Source of the DNA: Paraspadella gotoi
Lineage: Eukaryota; Animalia; Chaetognatha
Length of the DNA: 64,000 nt
Assembly: GCA_051294375.1 (NCBI GenBank)
Contig: CM119267.1
Coordinates: 16,699,189-16,763,188, forward strand
Direction of reading: 5' to 3'
The notes beneath the pieces are model-generated. The model was not told where the DNA came from, searched no databases, and saw only the letters and a list, made by a program, of their open reading frames with translations. A program made the translations under genes and the position numbers. This document shows, piece by piece, positions 1 through 12,640 of this stretch. The first letter of the stretch is position 1; each line of letters opens with the position of its first letter.

Positions 1-432
1 AGGGTTAGAAAAAAAGGAAGAAAAAAGAGTTGCCAAATTTGAAGTAAGGTTTGCCAATGAGGGGGCCGTGAAAAAACGTATCGGAAAACAAAATCTAACA
101 CATTAAATATCCTAAATATTTAATAAAACATCAAACATGGAACCCAAAACTAATAATCATATGAAAAAAAATAAAAGGTATTTTACCGTCAGAAAAACAA
201 AGAAACAGAACGAGAAAAAAAAATAAAAAGGTGAAGAACCAACAATAAACAAAACCATCGCTTCCTCTTTGTTCTTTCCTCCGCGAAGGGAGATGGTCGC
301 ATATATCTTTTTCTCCGTTTTATCACTATTATTATTTTTTTCGCCTCATGTAATTTTAATTTTCTCTTAAAGATGGAGTGGCGTTATTTCTTTTTTCTTT
401 CTTTTTTCTCTGACTCTGTCTCTCTCTCTCTC
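1..432. repeat. Inverted copy of ~1560-2003
   Basis: aaggtttgccaatgagggggc...aaacgtatcgg near 45-85 is the reverse complement of ccgatacgtttt...cccctcattggcaaacctt at 1921-1960. cttaaagatgga at ~367 mirrors tccatctttaag at ~1630. Differences are mostly small indels. Confidence 0.9.
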
Positions 433-822
433 NNNNNNNNNNNNNNNNNNNNNNNNNNNNNNNNNNNNNNNNNNNNNNNNNNNNNNNNNNNNNNNNNNNN
501 NNNNNNNNNNNNNNNNNNNNNNNNNNNNNNNNNNNNNNNNNNNNNNNNNNNNNNNNNNNNNNNNNNNNNNNNNNNNNNNNNNNNNNNNNNNNNNNNNNNN
601 NNNNNNNNNNNNNNNNNNNNNNNNNNNNNNNNNNNNNNNNNNNNNNNNNNNNNNNNNNNNNNNNNNNNNNNNNNNNNNNNNNNNNNNNNNNNNNNNNNNN
701 NNNNNNNNNNNNNNNNNNNNNNNNNNNNNNNNNNNNNNNNNNNNNNNNNNNNNNNNNNNNNNNNNNNNNNNNNNNNNNNNNNNNNNNNNNNNNNNNNNNN
801 NNNNNNNNNNNNNNNNNNNNNN

Positions 823-1473
823 TTGTAGTGTTTTTCCCACATTCGCTTCCTCGCTGACGGAATTGACAACTTACAAATACTTTGGAAAGCATGGTTTATA
901 CAGCACAATGTATAAACTTATAACAAAAAAAACCTTGTTTTAAGCGGAGTCCGTGAATTAAATATTTCGAGTGGATTTCGGATGGAAATCTGTCCGTAAC
1001 TTGTATGATGGCTTATTTATATGAGGTGATTTTCACAGAACTGAATCCGCCCGCTAAATTTCGCATGCGCTTAATTTACTTGAAAAACCCCAAATTAAAC
1101 AACGCGAAGATAAACGTCCAACATATGGCTGAAAACCCAAAATATTGACAATCACAATTTTCGATATTACTCTTTTATTCAAAAACAATAAATTTTTTCA
1201 AGATTTTGAACCGCAAACATAACAACCCGTTTTTAACCTTCTTTTCACATCCTCCTATTTTAAAATACTTTTTCAATTTCATTTGTTTAAAATACGCTTA
1301 GAATGAGATAATTAAAATTTAAAAAGTTCCCCTGACCACAAAAGAACTAAAATTAAAGTGAATTTTTAAAGAATTCGAGTTTTTTTTTACTTTTTAAGAA
1401 AAGCTAAAATACAAAGATGCTCAACGAAACATGAAATTAAGTTGCGCTATCTCTCTCTCTCTCTCTCTCTCTC
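823..1473. repeat. Direct duplicate of ~2250-2890
   Basis: Both copies start ttgtagtgttttt...cattcgcttcctcgctgacggaattgacaac and end acatgaaattaagttgcgctatctctc. The first copy is bounded by gaps on both sides. Confidence 0.95.
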
Positions 1474-2147
1474 NNNNNNNNNNNNNNNNNNNNNNNNNGA
1501 GAGAGAAGAAGAGGAGAGCGAGGAGAGAGAGAAGAGAGAGAGAGAGGGAGAAAGAGAGAGAGTAGACAGAAGAGAGAGAGAGTAGACGAGTCAGGTATAA
1601 AAAAAGAAAAAGAAATAACGGCCGAACTTCCATCTTTAAGAAGAAAATTTAAAGATTACATGAGGCGAAAAATAATAAAATAGTGATAAACGTGAGAAAA
1701 AAGATATGATGCGACATCTCCCTGCGCGGAGGAAAGAAACAAAGAGGAAGCGAATGGGTTTTGTTTATTGTGGTTCACACCTTTATTTTTTTTCTCTCTG
1801 TTCTTTGTTTTTTTCTGACGTAAAGATACCTTTATTTTTTTCAATATATTATTAGTTTGGGTTCCATGTGTTGGAGGTTGTTTAATTAAATATTAGATAT
1901 TTAATTGTTAGATTTTGTTTCCGATACGTTTTCACCGCGCCCCCTCATTGGCAAACCTTACTTTCAAATTTTGCACTCTTTTTCTCTTCCTTTTTTTAAA
2001 CCCTTGACTTTCGCCGCCTTCCTTAAATTTTCTCTCTTTTTTAGCCCTGAATTTCTGTACGTTTAATCACGTTGGTGACGATGGGATGGAAAGGTCCACC
2101 TGGGAATTCTCTCTCTCCTCTCTCTCTCCTCTCTCTCTCTTCTCTCT

Positions 2148-2193
<46 letters not shown>

Positions 2194-2904
2194 TCTCTTC
2201 TCGTTCGATCGCCATTTTTTATTTCGTATTTTTAATGATTTCCTTTTTCTTGTAGTGTTTTTCCCCATTCGCTTCCTCGCTGACGGAATTGACAACTTAC
2301 AATACTTTGGAAGCATGGTTTATAACGACAATGTATAAACTTATAAAAAAAAAAAACCTTGTTTTAAGCGGAGTCCGTGAATTAAATATTTCGAGTGGAT
2401 TTCGGATGGAAATCTGTCCGTAACTTGTATGATGGCTTATTTATATGAGGGTGATTTTCACAGAACTGAATCCGCCCGCTAAATTTCGCATGCGCTTAAT
2501 TTACTTGAAAAACCCCAAATTAAACAACGCGAAGATAAACGTCCAACCATATGGCTGAAAACCCAAAATATTGACAATCACAATTTTCGATATTACTCTT
2601 TTATTCAAAAACAATAAATTTTTTCAAGTTTTGAACCGCAAACATAACAACCCGTTTTTAACCTTCTTTTCACATCCTCCTATTTTAAATACTTTTTCAA
2701 TTTCATTTGTTATAAATACGCCTTAGAATGAGATAATTAAAAATTTAAAAAGTTCTGACCACAAAAGAACTAAAATTAAAGTGAATTTTTTAAAGAATCG
2801 AGTTTTTTTTTACTTTTTAAGAAAAGCTAAAATACAAGAGAGCTCAAACGAAACATGAAATTAAGTTGCGCTATCTCTCTCTCTCCTCTCTCTCTCTCTC
2901 TCCT

Positions 2905-2940
<36 letters not shown>

Positions 2941-3105
2941 TGCCAAATGAAAATTATCTCATTAAAAAAAAAATTAACGATTTTTTGGGTTAATTTGACG
3001 GAAGAGAAAGAAAAAAAAATATGGCAAATTAAGGGCAAAGACTTTTGGTCTGGAATGAACACGGAGACGCTGCCCTGGATTTGTTTGGTTCTATTAAATG
3101 GAGAG

Positions 3106-3170
<65 letters not shown>

Positions 3171-3248
3171 AGAGAAGAGAGAACTTGACGAAAAAATCAA
3201 GAATCCCAGAATCCAAGATTTATCGGGACGATCTCTCTTTCCGTCTCA

Positions 3249-3323
<75 letters not shown>

Positions 3324-3479
3324 TTCCCTCACTATCTGTCGATCTATCTTTCTCTGTCTCTCTCCTCACTCGGTTTTCTTGAGACTTTCCTCTTTTTTTT
3401 TGTTTCCACTTTCGCTTTTTTCCAACTTTGTCTTAATTTTCTTTAGTTTTTCTTCCTTTTCCCCTTTTTTTTTGCGACA

Positions 3480-3561
3480 GTCGTTGTCTTCGTCGTCGTC
3501 GTATTCGTCGTCGTCGTCGTCATAGTTTGTTTTCTTTTGTCGCCGCTAAATTCCTTCGGAA

Positions 3562-3611
<50 letters not shown>

Positions 3612-3612
3612 C
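3480..3612 (+). repeat. (TCG)n microsatellites
   Basis: Long runs of cgtcgtcgt. Similar (GAC)n runs occur at ~11583-11632, ~22280 and ~54147. Confidence 0.95.
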
Positions 3613-3826
3613 CTCTCAAGTTGTCAGACGAAACGCTGATTACTTGCATGTAATAAACTAAATGAACAAACTAAATAAATCTATCGTTGACTCACTCGCC
3701 CTTCTGATCTTTGCTTCTCCTCATTCCGATTCTCTCTTCCCCTTAATTTCTTTGGCAAAAGGCTTTCTTCAATTTAGACCTAATCCATCTCTAAATCTCT
3801 TTTATTTTTTGTGTCTCCCTTTCAAC

Positions 3827-3890
3827 CCGTTTTTGATGCCATTTCGGACCGTTTTTTATGCCATTTTGGGCCGTGCTTGATGCCGTTTAA
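3827..3890 (+). repeat. Degenerate ~22-bp minisatellite, 3 units
   Basis: ccgtttttgatgccatttcgga / ccgttttttatgccattttggg / ccgtgcttgatgccgttt. Confidence 0.7.
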
Positions 3891-4216
3891 TCTCATTCGC
3901 GGTGGCATTTCAGTCCGGTTTTGATGGCAACGAAAGCGAAATATTTTAACATTTTCGCCGACACGATTTCAGGGAATCAAAGAGACTTTTATTTATTTTT
4001 ATTTATTATTTTTTATTTTTTTTAATTTCATTGAATGTGTTTTGTGAACGTGTAAACGAGTACGAAATAAAAGGGTCATATGACTGTGGCTTGAATTGGG
4101 AAGAAAATTCCGGAATTGAATTTTAAACTTGAGTAAATCAGTTTCGGCTGAAACAGATAATCAGTTGCAATGACTGAACAGCAGTGTAAGCATAGTAAAC
4201 AAATAATGCAGAAGGC

Positions 4217-4275
<59 letters not shown>

Positions 4276-4427
4276 CGACAGAGAGAGAGAGAGGGTTTCT
4301 CCTCATTTTCTTCTCGAAACTAAAATCTTTTTTTTTCTCTTTTTTTCGCCTTTTGTGAGAAATTCTTTGTCACTGTTGCCAAACTGTTCCGAGAGGATAT
4401 CGCCCGAGTCTGTAGGGAGGCCGTTGC

Positions 4428-4468
4428 CACGCCCGTCACGCCCGTCACGCCCGTCACGCCCGTCACCC
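4428..4468 (+). repeat. 9-bp tandem repeat (CACGCCCGT)x4+
   Basis: cacgcccgtcacgcccgtcacgcccgtcacgcccgtcaccc seen directly. Confidence 0.95.
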
Positions 4469-4692
4469 CTCGTGACACCGTTCGCGGGACGTTAACACTA
4501 TCATCGTCTCGCGCGGCTGCTGACCCAGGAATAACGTCGTTTTCGAACAAAGGGTGTGACATAGGCAGGACACATGAGTTGAAGCGGGAAGAGTTACAGA
4601 GAGGGTTTTAAAAACGAGCGGTTTATGGAGAAGAGGGAGAGGGAATACAGAAGAAAATGAGACTGTATTAGTAGCGGTAGCCGAGAACAGAT

Positions 4693-5615
4693 GGAGTTTT
4701 ATGATTCCATTTGCATGGACATTGTCTCGTCAGCTTTCTCTCGCTCCGGTTTTTATCTTTCACAAAATATGCGTCGATCAGAAACGATTCTTTATTTTTT
4801 CTATTTGGTCGCGCGATGGAGATGGCGTTTGGCCGGAGAGTCGAGAGTATGAGGGGTGGGGGCGAAGGAGGGGAGTGGGGAGGAAAAATGATGGAGGATT
4901 GCGGAGGAATGTAGGCGGGAACGGGGAACGTGGAAACGGAGGTGAGAACGGGAGAAAAATGGCGGAGAGGCAAGAGTTTTGAGCAGGTTGTGGAGATGGC
5001 AAACCGAAAAAAAGAATTTGCTGATGGAGGAGAAAGTCCGCAGTTCGCCGTCCGCCATCGCCTCGTATATCGTGACATGGATGGACGGAAACGGCGGAGA
5101 TCGCACGTGGAACGCGGGACAATCGGGACAGAGTCTTGTTGCGTTGTCGGTTGTGCTTTCTCGGATTGCTCTTTTGTTTGTCCTCGTCTTCTTCCTCGTC
5201 CGTTGGTTGCGCTTTGAAAATATTCTGAGAGACCAAAAGTCGGTTTTCGTTTATTTTTTTGTCGTGTCGTCATTCGTCGGGTCGCCGACATTCAATTGTT
5301 TGCCGCAGTAGTTGTTGAGTATACAACAAGTTCTTGAATTTACGTAGTTCAGTTATTGGGCCATGGGTTCATGAGGTCGAGGAGGGGTATTAGACGAGAG
5401 AGAGAGAGAGTCACGTCTTTTCAACGTCAATGTTGTGATTTGTCGTTCGTCGTCGTCCTATTACTTCCTCGTCTTTAACTAACGACTTTAATATGCCTCG
5501 ATTTTTTAATAGATTATTTCCGAGAGAAATTTTCTTGAAAGAGAACCTTCACAATAACTAGAAAAAAAATTCTTGGAATGTGATTAAGTAAAAACGATTC
5601 TAAAGTTGTCTGTTC
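4693..5615. repeat. ~0.9-kb direct duplication, copy 1 (copy 2 at 8656-9553)
   Basis: Shared start tatgattccatttgcatgga and shared end gattaagtaaaaacgattctaaag. The copies are colinear and indel-rich and lie on either side of the 100-N gap at 7382-7481. Confidence 0.95.
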
Positions 5616-5666
5616 TCTCTCTCTCTCTCTCACTCTCTCTCTCACTCTCTCTCCTCTCTTCTCTCA

Positions 5667-5703
<37 letters not shown>

Positions 5704-6505
5704 AACGAGCGGTCGATGACAAAAGCGGGTGCATAGCGCTAACAGGTGCGGAGGCGGGGAAAAAGGGTTGCGCTCGTGGTGGCGGCGATGGCGCGCATTC
5801 ATAAAAACCCATTGAAATAAATCGTCGATGAACAACAAAATCGTCAACAGTTGAAAAGCAATCCAGAGATGAAAAAAATCCAAAGAGATTGAAAAAGCGG
5901 GGGATTTGTTGAAAGAGAAGAGATGAGAGAGAGAGAGAGAGGAAGAGAGAGAGCGGAGAGAGAAAGAGAGAGAGAGAGAGGAGAGAGAGAAGAGAGAGAG
6001 GACGTTCTTAATTGGGAAATGAGTAAACGCGATACATAATTTTCAACACGAATGAATAAAAAGTATAAAAAAAAACAAAAAAACTGAACTGGCTTTCCCA
6101 CTGAGGTAAATGAAGTTTTAAGAGGTTAGAACAAAAAAAATGATTGCTAAGAGAAATTAATGGGAAAAAGAATGAAAGAAAAGTGAAAAAAAAAATGAAA
6201 AAGAGAAATAAAATAGGATAAAAAAAAAGAAATTTGAAATCCAGAAATTTTCTTTTAAAAATCTCCATTTTCTGTGAAAGAAAAGCTTCTCTTCTTTGTT
6301 TGGAGATTTATTTTTCTGCGGGGAACGCACTCGAAGCGCCTTCGCCTCCTTTGCCTCCTTCGCCCTCCTCAAGCCACTCACTGCCTCCGCGGTTGGGCTT
6401 AGCAACCCGCGACTTTCCCGCTTTCGCCCCCCTCTTTGAGAGTTGAAACCTCGCTTCCCTAACTTTCTCCGCATCCGTTACTGTATGTGTTTTTCTATTG
6501 TCTTA

Positions 6506-6746
6506 TCAAGTATCACTTGATCCTATTGATATTCCCAATCTACGTTTCAAAGGAGAATCTGCCAATCTGCAACCTGCCAAGTCTGCATCTCCAAAGCGTC
6601 TTGGGACAACCTTCGTGTTGCCGATTCGTTTGCGATTTAAAGAGGTGGCTATAGGTAAAAAATATTCTTTTAATATGTACCTAAAAAACAAAGCATAACC
6701 TGCGAGTGGAGTTCTACATCCCAAAAAGCCTATTGGAGGATTAGTG
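6506..6746. CDS. Candidate small exon(s), strand ambiguous
   Basis: Minus: exons 6746-6700 and 6648-6506 separated by a 51-nt GT-AG intron (…TNPPIGFLGCRTPLA/ATSLNRKRIGN…SSDT*). Plus: tcttatcaag|…ATAG|gtaaaa is also open. No family recognised. Confidence 0.25.
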
Positions 6747-7127
6747 CTTAAAAGGCAGAGTAACAGAGTCGGTCACAATCTCTAATTCTCAGTTCCTGAA
6801 TTGTCCTCCTTCAACCTTGATCTTCTAAGTACTAGAGCCAAACTTCGTCATGGGTGGGTTTCGAAGTTTGATTTTGGGAACCTTTCCAAATGAAAACTTC
6901 ATACATTTTCTGAGATAACTTTCAATGGGCAAACTTTTTCTAAAATGGCAAGAAGCATTAGTAATTAATTTTTTAATATTTATTTATCGATGGATAGAAG
7001 TCATTAAAAATTTTTTTTGAATTTTTTATTTTTAAAAGCAGATTCAAATAGCTTATTAAAAAGTTATCTACACAAAGTATTAATTCTTTTTTTCAATATT
7101 TTTGATGATAAGTGGCGGTTAATTGAG

Positions 7128-7187
<60 letters not shown>
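7128..7187 (+). repeat. Poly(A) run, ~60 nt
   Basis: Uninterrupted A tract. Confidence 0.95.
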
Positions 7188-7191
<4 letters not shown>

Positions 7192-7555
7192 AAAATTCAT
7201 CATCATCATCATCTCCGATAATCTTAGCAGTTTTTACTAATTTTTAGTAATAAAACATCAAAATTTAAAAAAGTTTGTAATTATATTTTTTGCTTAACTT
7301 TGCAAAAAAATATTTTAACACAATAATTATACCAATAATGGATGAGTGTAATGCTGTTCCCATTGAAATCTGAATTTGGTCNNNNNNNNNNNNNNNNNNN
7401 NNNNNNNNNNNNNNNNNNNNNNNNNNNNNNNNNNNNNNNNNNNNNNNNNNNNNNNNNNNNNNNNNNNNNNNNNNNNNNNNNTTAACCATTACCGAAGTAG
7501 ATTGAATTGTAGGAGAGAGAAGAGAGAGAGAGAGAAGAAGAGGAGAGAGAGAGAG

Positions 7556-7611
<56 letters not shown>

Positions 7612-7685
7612 AGAGTATAAATTTTTTTATATTTTTTATGTTCCAGCGAAAGAAAAGTTATCTGGTTAGTGAAGATAGAGAAAGA

Positions 7686-7721
<36 letters not shown>

Positions 7722-7726
7722 GAGAG

Positions 7727-7773
<47 letters not shown>

Positions 7774-8258
7774 AGAAAGTGGCCGAGTTGAGAGTGTAAG
7801 ATTGATGTAGATCCGAGGAGCGTGACTGGAATCACAATGAGGATCGCCATAAATGATATAACAAACGGTCACTATGACGATGGCGCACGAAAAGAGACGA
7901 GGGGGGGGAGATAGTGTGAGAGGGAAGAAAGAGAGTTACAGGATATGAAAAGGAGGGGCGAATTGAAATGAACGACAGAGAGACAGAACTGAAGACAGAG
8001 AGAGACGCCGTAAGGGTGAAACTTTGATCGAAAGGACAAAGAAAAAAAAAGAAGAAAAATCGAAACAAATTAATAAGAAAGAAAAGAAACAAAGTGAATT
8101 TGCTTCAGAGAACAAAAAATGAGAAGATCTTCATTTTTGAATCGATTTTTAAAAAAAAAAAGAGACCAAAAGGGAAACGAAGATAAAAATAAAATGGGGA
8201 GAAATAGGGATTGAAGAGAGTGGAGCTTAGAATGAGAGATTTCGCGTGGGGTTTGTGA

Positions 8259-8336
<78 letters not shown>

Positions 8337-8437
8337 GAATGGAACTCGCGTTCGATCACGACCCGTCACGTGATCGATGTTGATTCTCGAGTGAGATGAC
8401 GAGGTAGGAGACTAGAGAGAGGGAGAGGAAAAGCGCT

Positions 8438-8521
<84 letters not shown>

Positions 8522-8655
8522 AGAGAGCGTGAACTGACGTAAAAGGAGACTGCGATAAAGAGAGATATCGAGAGCAAAAAAAAAAAAAAAAAAAAGAGGG
8601 GCAAGAAAGAGACGAGAGAGAGCGAGAGACAGAACGCGGACAGAACAGAGACAGA

Positions 8656-9553
8656 GGAGTTATGATTCCATTTGCATGGAATTGTTCTCGTCAGTTTCTT
8701 CTCGCGTCCGGTTTTTATCTTTCACAAAATATGCGTCGATCAGAAACGATTCTTTATTTTTTCTTATTTCGGTCGCGCGATGGCGTTTGGCCGGAGAGTA
8801 TGAGGGGGGGGGCGAAGGAGGGGAAGTGGGGGGAGGAATGAATGGAAGGATGCGGAGGGAATGTAGGGCGAACGGGGAACGTGGAAACGGAGGTTGGAAC
8901 GGAGAAATATGGCGGAAGAGCAAGAGGTTTGAGCAGGTTGTGGAGATGGCAACGAAAAAGATTTGCTGATGGAGGAGAAGTCGCAGTCGCGTCGGCAGTC
9001 GCCTCGTTATCGCGAATGGATGGACGGAAAGGCGGAGATCCGCCACGTGGACGGCGGGACAAATCGGGACAGAGTTCCTTGTTGTCGTTGTCGTTGTGCT
9101 TCTCCGGATTGCTCTTTTGTTTGTCCTCGTCTTCTTCCTCGTCCGTTGGTTGCGCTTTGAAGAAATATTCTAGAGACCAAAAGTCGGGTCGTTATTTTTT
9201 TGTCGTTAGTCGTCATCGGGTTCGTCGCCGACATCATTGTTGCGCAGTATTGTTGAGTACAACAAGTTTGAATTTAGTAGTTAGTTTATGGGGCATGGTT
9301 CAATGAGGGTCGAGGAGGGGATTAGACGAGAGGAGAGAGAGAGTCACGTCTTTTCAACGTCAATGTTGTTGTTGTCGTCGTCGTCGTCCTCATACTTCCT
9401 CGTCTTTAACTAACACTTTACATATGCCTCGATTTTTAACAGATTTATTTTCCGAGAAGAAATTTTCTTGAAAGAGAAACTTCAATAACTAGAAAAAAAA
9501 TTTCTTGGAAGTGTGATTAAGTAAAAAACGATTCTAAAGATGTCTGTCTCTCT
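8656..9553. repeat. ~0.9-kb direct duplication, copy 2
   Basis: Colinear with 4693-5615. Confidence 0.95.
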
Positions 9554-9785
9554 CATCGTCATCTCGATCTTCTCATTCCCGTGATTCAGAAACTGAACTG
9601 CTAATATTTTTCCCGCCAAATAAAATAATTTTCCAATTTCAATTCACAACAAAAAGCAGTGTGCTTCTCCCATCCCTTTTTAATTTCTACTTTTTTTTCA
9701 CCCCTCCCTCTCTCTCTCTCTCCCAATCACAGTTTTAAATCCCCACCCCCTCTCTCACCGCCGCCCCTTTACTTATTTCGCAACG

Positions 9786-9852
9786 TCCAATCCCCCAATT
9801 CAGCCAATCAGCGATCACTAAATTACCGTGGACGTAATCTTTGATTGGTCGA
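9786..9852. promoter_or_regulatory. CCAAT-box cluster with an inverted pair
   Basis: gtccaatc, cccaattc and agccaatcag on +, tgattggtcg on -. ttcagccaatca/tgattggtcgaa is an imperfect inverted repeat. It lies upstream of a strong donor CGG|GTAAGT at 10165. Confidence 0.3.
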
Positions 9853-10947
9853 AGCTGAAAATCCTCGTCCCCGACGAAGCCAAGGTTGAGATTCTCAAAA
9901 TTCCCGCCTTTCAAACCACGAGAGCGTCTTTGCTTTTTCTTGAACATCTTTTTTCATTTTTTATCGTCTCATTTTTTATCATCCTTTTCCCGCTTTGGCC
10001 GTGGGGCGTGGTCGCCATTTTATCATTCACTGCCCGTTTATCATTTCGGTCAACGGAGGACGAAGCGGGCGGGCGGGGGCAGCGACGGACGGAGCTCGAC
10101 TGGTTGGCAAGCGCTGCTAGGGCAGGGCCATGTCAATCTGCCTCAAGAACAGGGGCGGCCTCGGGTAAGTCCGATTAAAGAAATTATTAATGAAACGATT
10201 GCGTTTCCTCTTTTTTTATAAAAAAATGTTTTCTTTAATTCATTTCCAGTTTTTATTAATCCAATTTCGCGGAATAGTTTACGAAACGCGGGCTCGTACA
10301 CCGAAAAAATAAAAAGAGAGAAATTGTGCGAGACGAAATTAAAATAATTGTTTCTTCTTTTTTTTTTAATTTAGAAAATAAAAATAAAGACGGCGGAGAA
10401 ATTACGCGAGAAGAGACGAGCAGGAATTAAGCCCAAGCGGCGGTGAAAGAAGATAACGCACGCGTGGAAATGTAATCCGAAAACGCCGACATTTGCGGAT
10501 CTCATCCGGTGCCGTCCAGTGCCATCTTTTCGCCATCCAGTGCGGTACTGCGGCGTTTGATGCCATCCTTAGTATATATGAAGTTCATCGCTGGAAACGT
10601 GATTTGACGTGAAGATATTAATTCTTTTTTAACAGAAGATATTTTAAATATGGTAGCTGAAAATATTAGAGAAGAATGGAGATTGTTCGATTTTTATTTG
10701 AGAAGAATAACTTTTGATTACGCGAGAATTTTGTTAGCGAGTTTGTGACCTGAAAATATCGAGAAATTTGTGATTCGTGAAAATGAAAATTCGATTCACA
10801 AGGCTTACTAAAAATAAAAAGCGGAGAAAGAGAAAATCAAAGGAGGAAAATCGATAACAAAAAAATATTTATTAAACGGGATTTACTGGGAAAAAAAAGT
10901 TTTTTTCCGAATATTTCGACATATATTTTCTATGTCATCATCAGTGG

Positions 10948-11030
<83 letters not shown>

Positions 11031-11583
11031 TACAATAGTATTAATACATGTTTTTTATCAGGTACACATTTAAAAGACATTCTATGCACAAAAAATAAAA
11101 GTAAAATTGACATTAAACAAAAAAAGGAGTCTATAAATATGTTTGCCCATGCTCACAAAAATCCGTTCATTTCTTTTTTCTTTTGTCTTATCTTTTTTAC
11201 CTTTTCTTATTTTTAAATTTTTTTCTTTTTTCTTTGGTCTTATCTTTTTTCCCTTTTCTTTTCCTTTCCTTTCCTTTTTTTTCTTTTCCTTTTTTTTCTT
11301 TTTCCTTTTGTCTTTTCTTTTTTTGCGTCTTTTCTTTTCCATTATTTTCCCTTTTTCTGTCAATGTTCTTTTTTTTTCTTTTTTTTCTCTTCCTTTCTTT
11401 TTCTCTACTTCTCTTTTTCTGGATCGACTAAAGAATTCCGAAGTCATCGACGAAAATGTTGCAAAGATTATGACGTTTGTACCGTCGAGTCGAAGCGGCC
11501 ATAACGAAGATGGCGACGACAACAACAACAACAACGACAGCGAGAAATTCGAGGAAGAAGAGGATTAAGACGATGACGCAGAA

Positions 11584-11633
<50 letters not shown>

Positions 11634-12273
11634 ATATATGGCTGTTATGGAGATGCCTTGGAAATGACGAAGAGGAGTAAGAAGCACCAGAAAATAAAGA
11701 AGACGATGACGATGACGATGACGATGACGACAACTACGATGACGATAAGTTCAAAAGTTCAAGATAAGAACGACGAAATCGATTAAAAAAGATGACAGAA
11801 AATATAAGAATTAACAAGATGAAGATAAGATAATAAAATCAATGATGACGCAATAACATTAAATACAAGTCTCAAACTAACATCGTCGACATATTGTAAA
11901 TGACACGCAATTATAGAAGCAAGCAGAAACAAGATCGACGAATGACAGAGAGGAAAACAATGACGACTAAAATAAAAACGACAACGACGACGACCACAAT
12001 ATTTATAACGTCGAAGACGACGACGATGACGACGACGAAATCCGAGGACGGCGCTCATCGCCATCTCGCGGTCAGAAGGTGAAAACTCGGGTCAGAAAAA
12101 AAGGCGTCAATTAGGGAGACGCCGTCGAAGATGCCGAAGACGACGACGATGACGACGATGACGCCGGCGGCGACGGTCAAAAGACGCCGAGATCGAGAAA
12201 TCTCGGAGCGTCGGCGTCGCGTCAAAACAGATCTAAACAAGAAGAGTGCAGGTGAGAGAGAGAGAGAAAGAGG

Positions 12274-12307
<34 letters not shown>

Positions 12308-12318
12308 AGAGAGCAAGT

Positions 12319-12359
<41 letters not shown>

Positions 12360-12384
12360 NNNNNNNNNNNNNNNNNNNNNNNNN

Positions 12385-12640
12385 ATTCTCCACATTTATT
12401 CTGGTTGCTGATGACAAAGACTTCCTCGTTTGAAGTCATCTGGAAACATGATATGGACACTGTTCGGCCCAGACTACGTTTTAAAATTGATTGCTCTGAA
12501 GTATTTACACACCCAAGGGAGAATAGACTGGTTTAAAAGGATATAAGATTAAAACTTGCCTTTCTACCGTTATTGCAAGGGAAACATTATGTTTCGCATG
12601 GTTGGAGAGTGACGATAATGAAAATTTTGTCGGGGGGTAA
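12385..12640 (+). mobile_element. Possible degenerate ISL2EU/Harbinger-type (DDE_Tnp_4-like) transposase fragment
   Basis: One frame reads RLRFKIDCSEVFTHP…V*…GKHYVSHGWRV…ILSG, resembling the family's IDCTEIF and FVS.xxGGRxSD…SG motifs. It has an in-frame stop and the motif spacing is shorter than typical. Confidence 0.35.

Noticed and set aside
1-10. agggttag as a telomeric repeat
   Set aside because: It is a single unit and part of the inverted duplicate.
7128-7187. Poly(A) as a retrocopy tail
   Set aside because: No recognisable upstream element body or target-site duplication.
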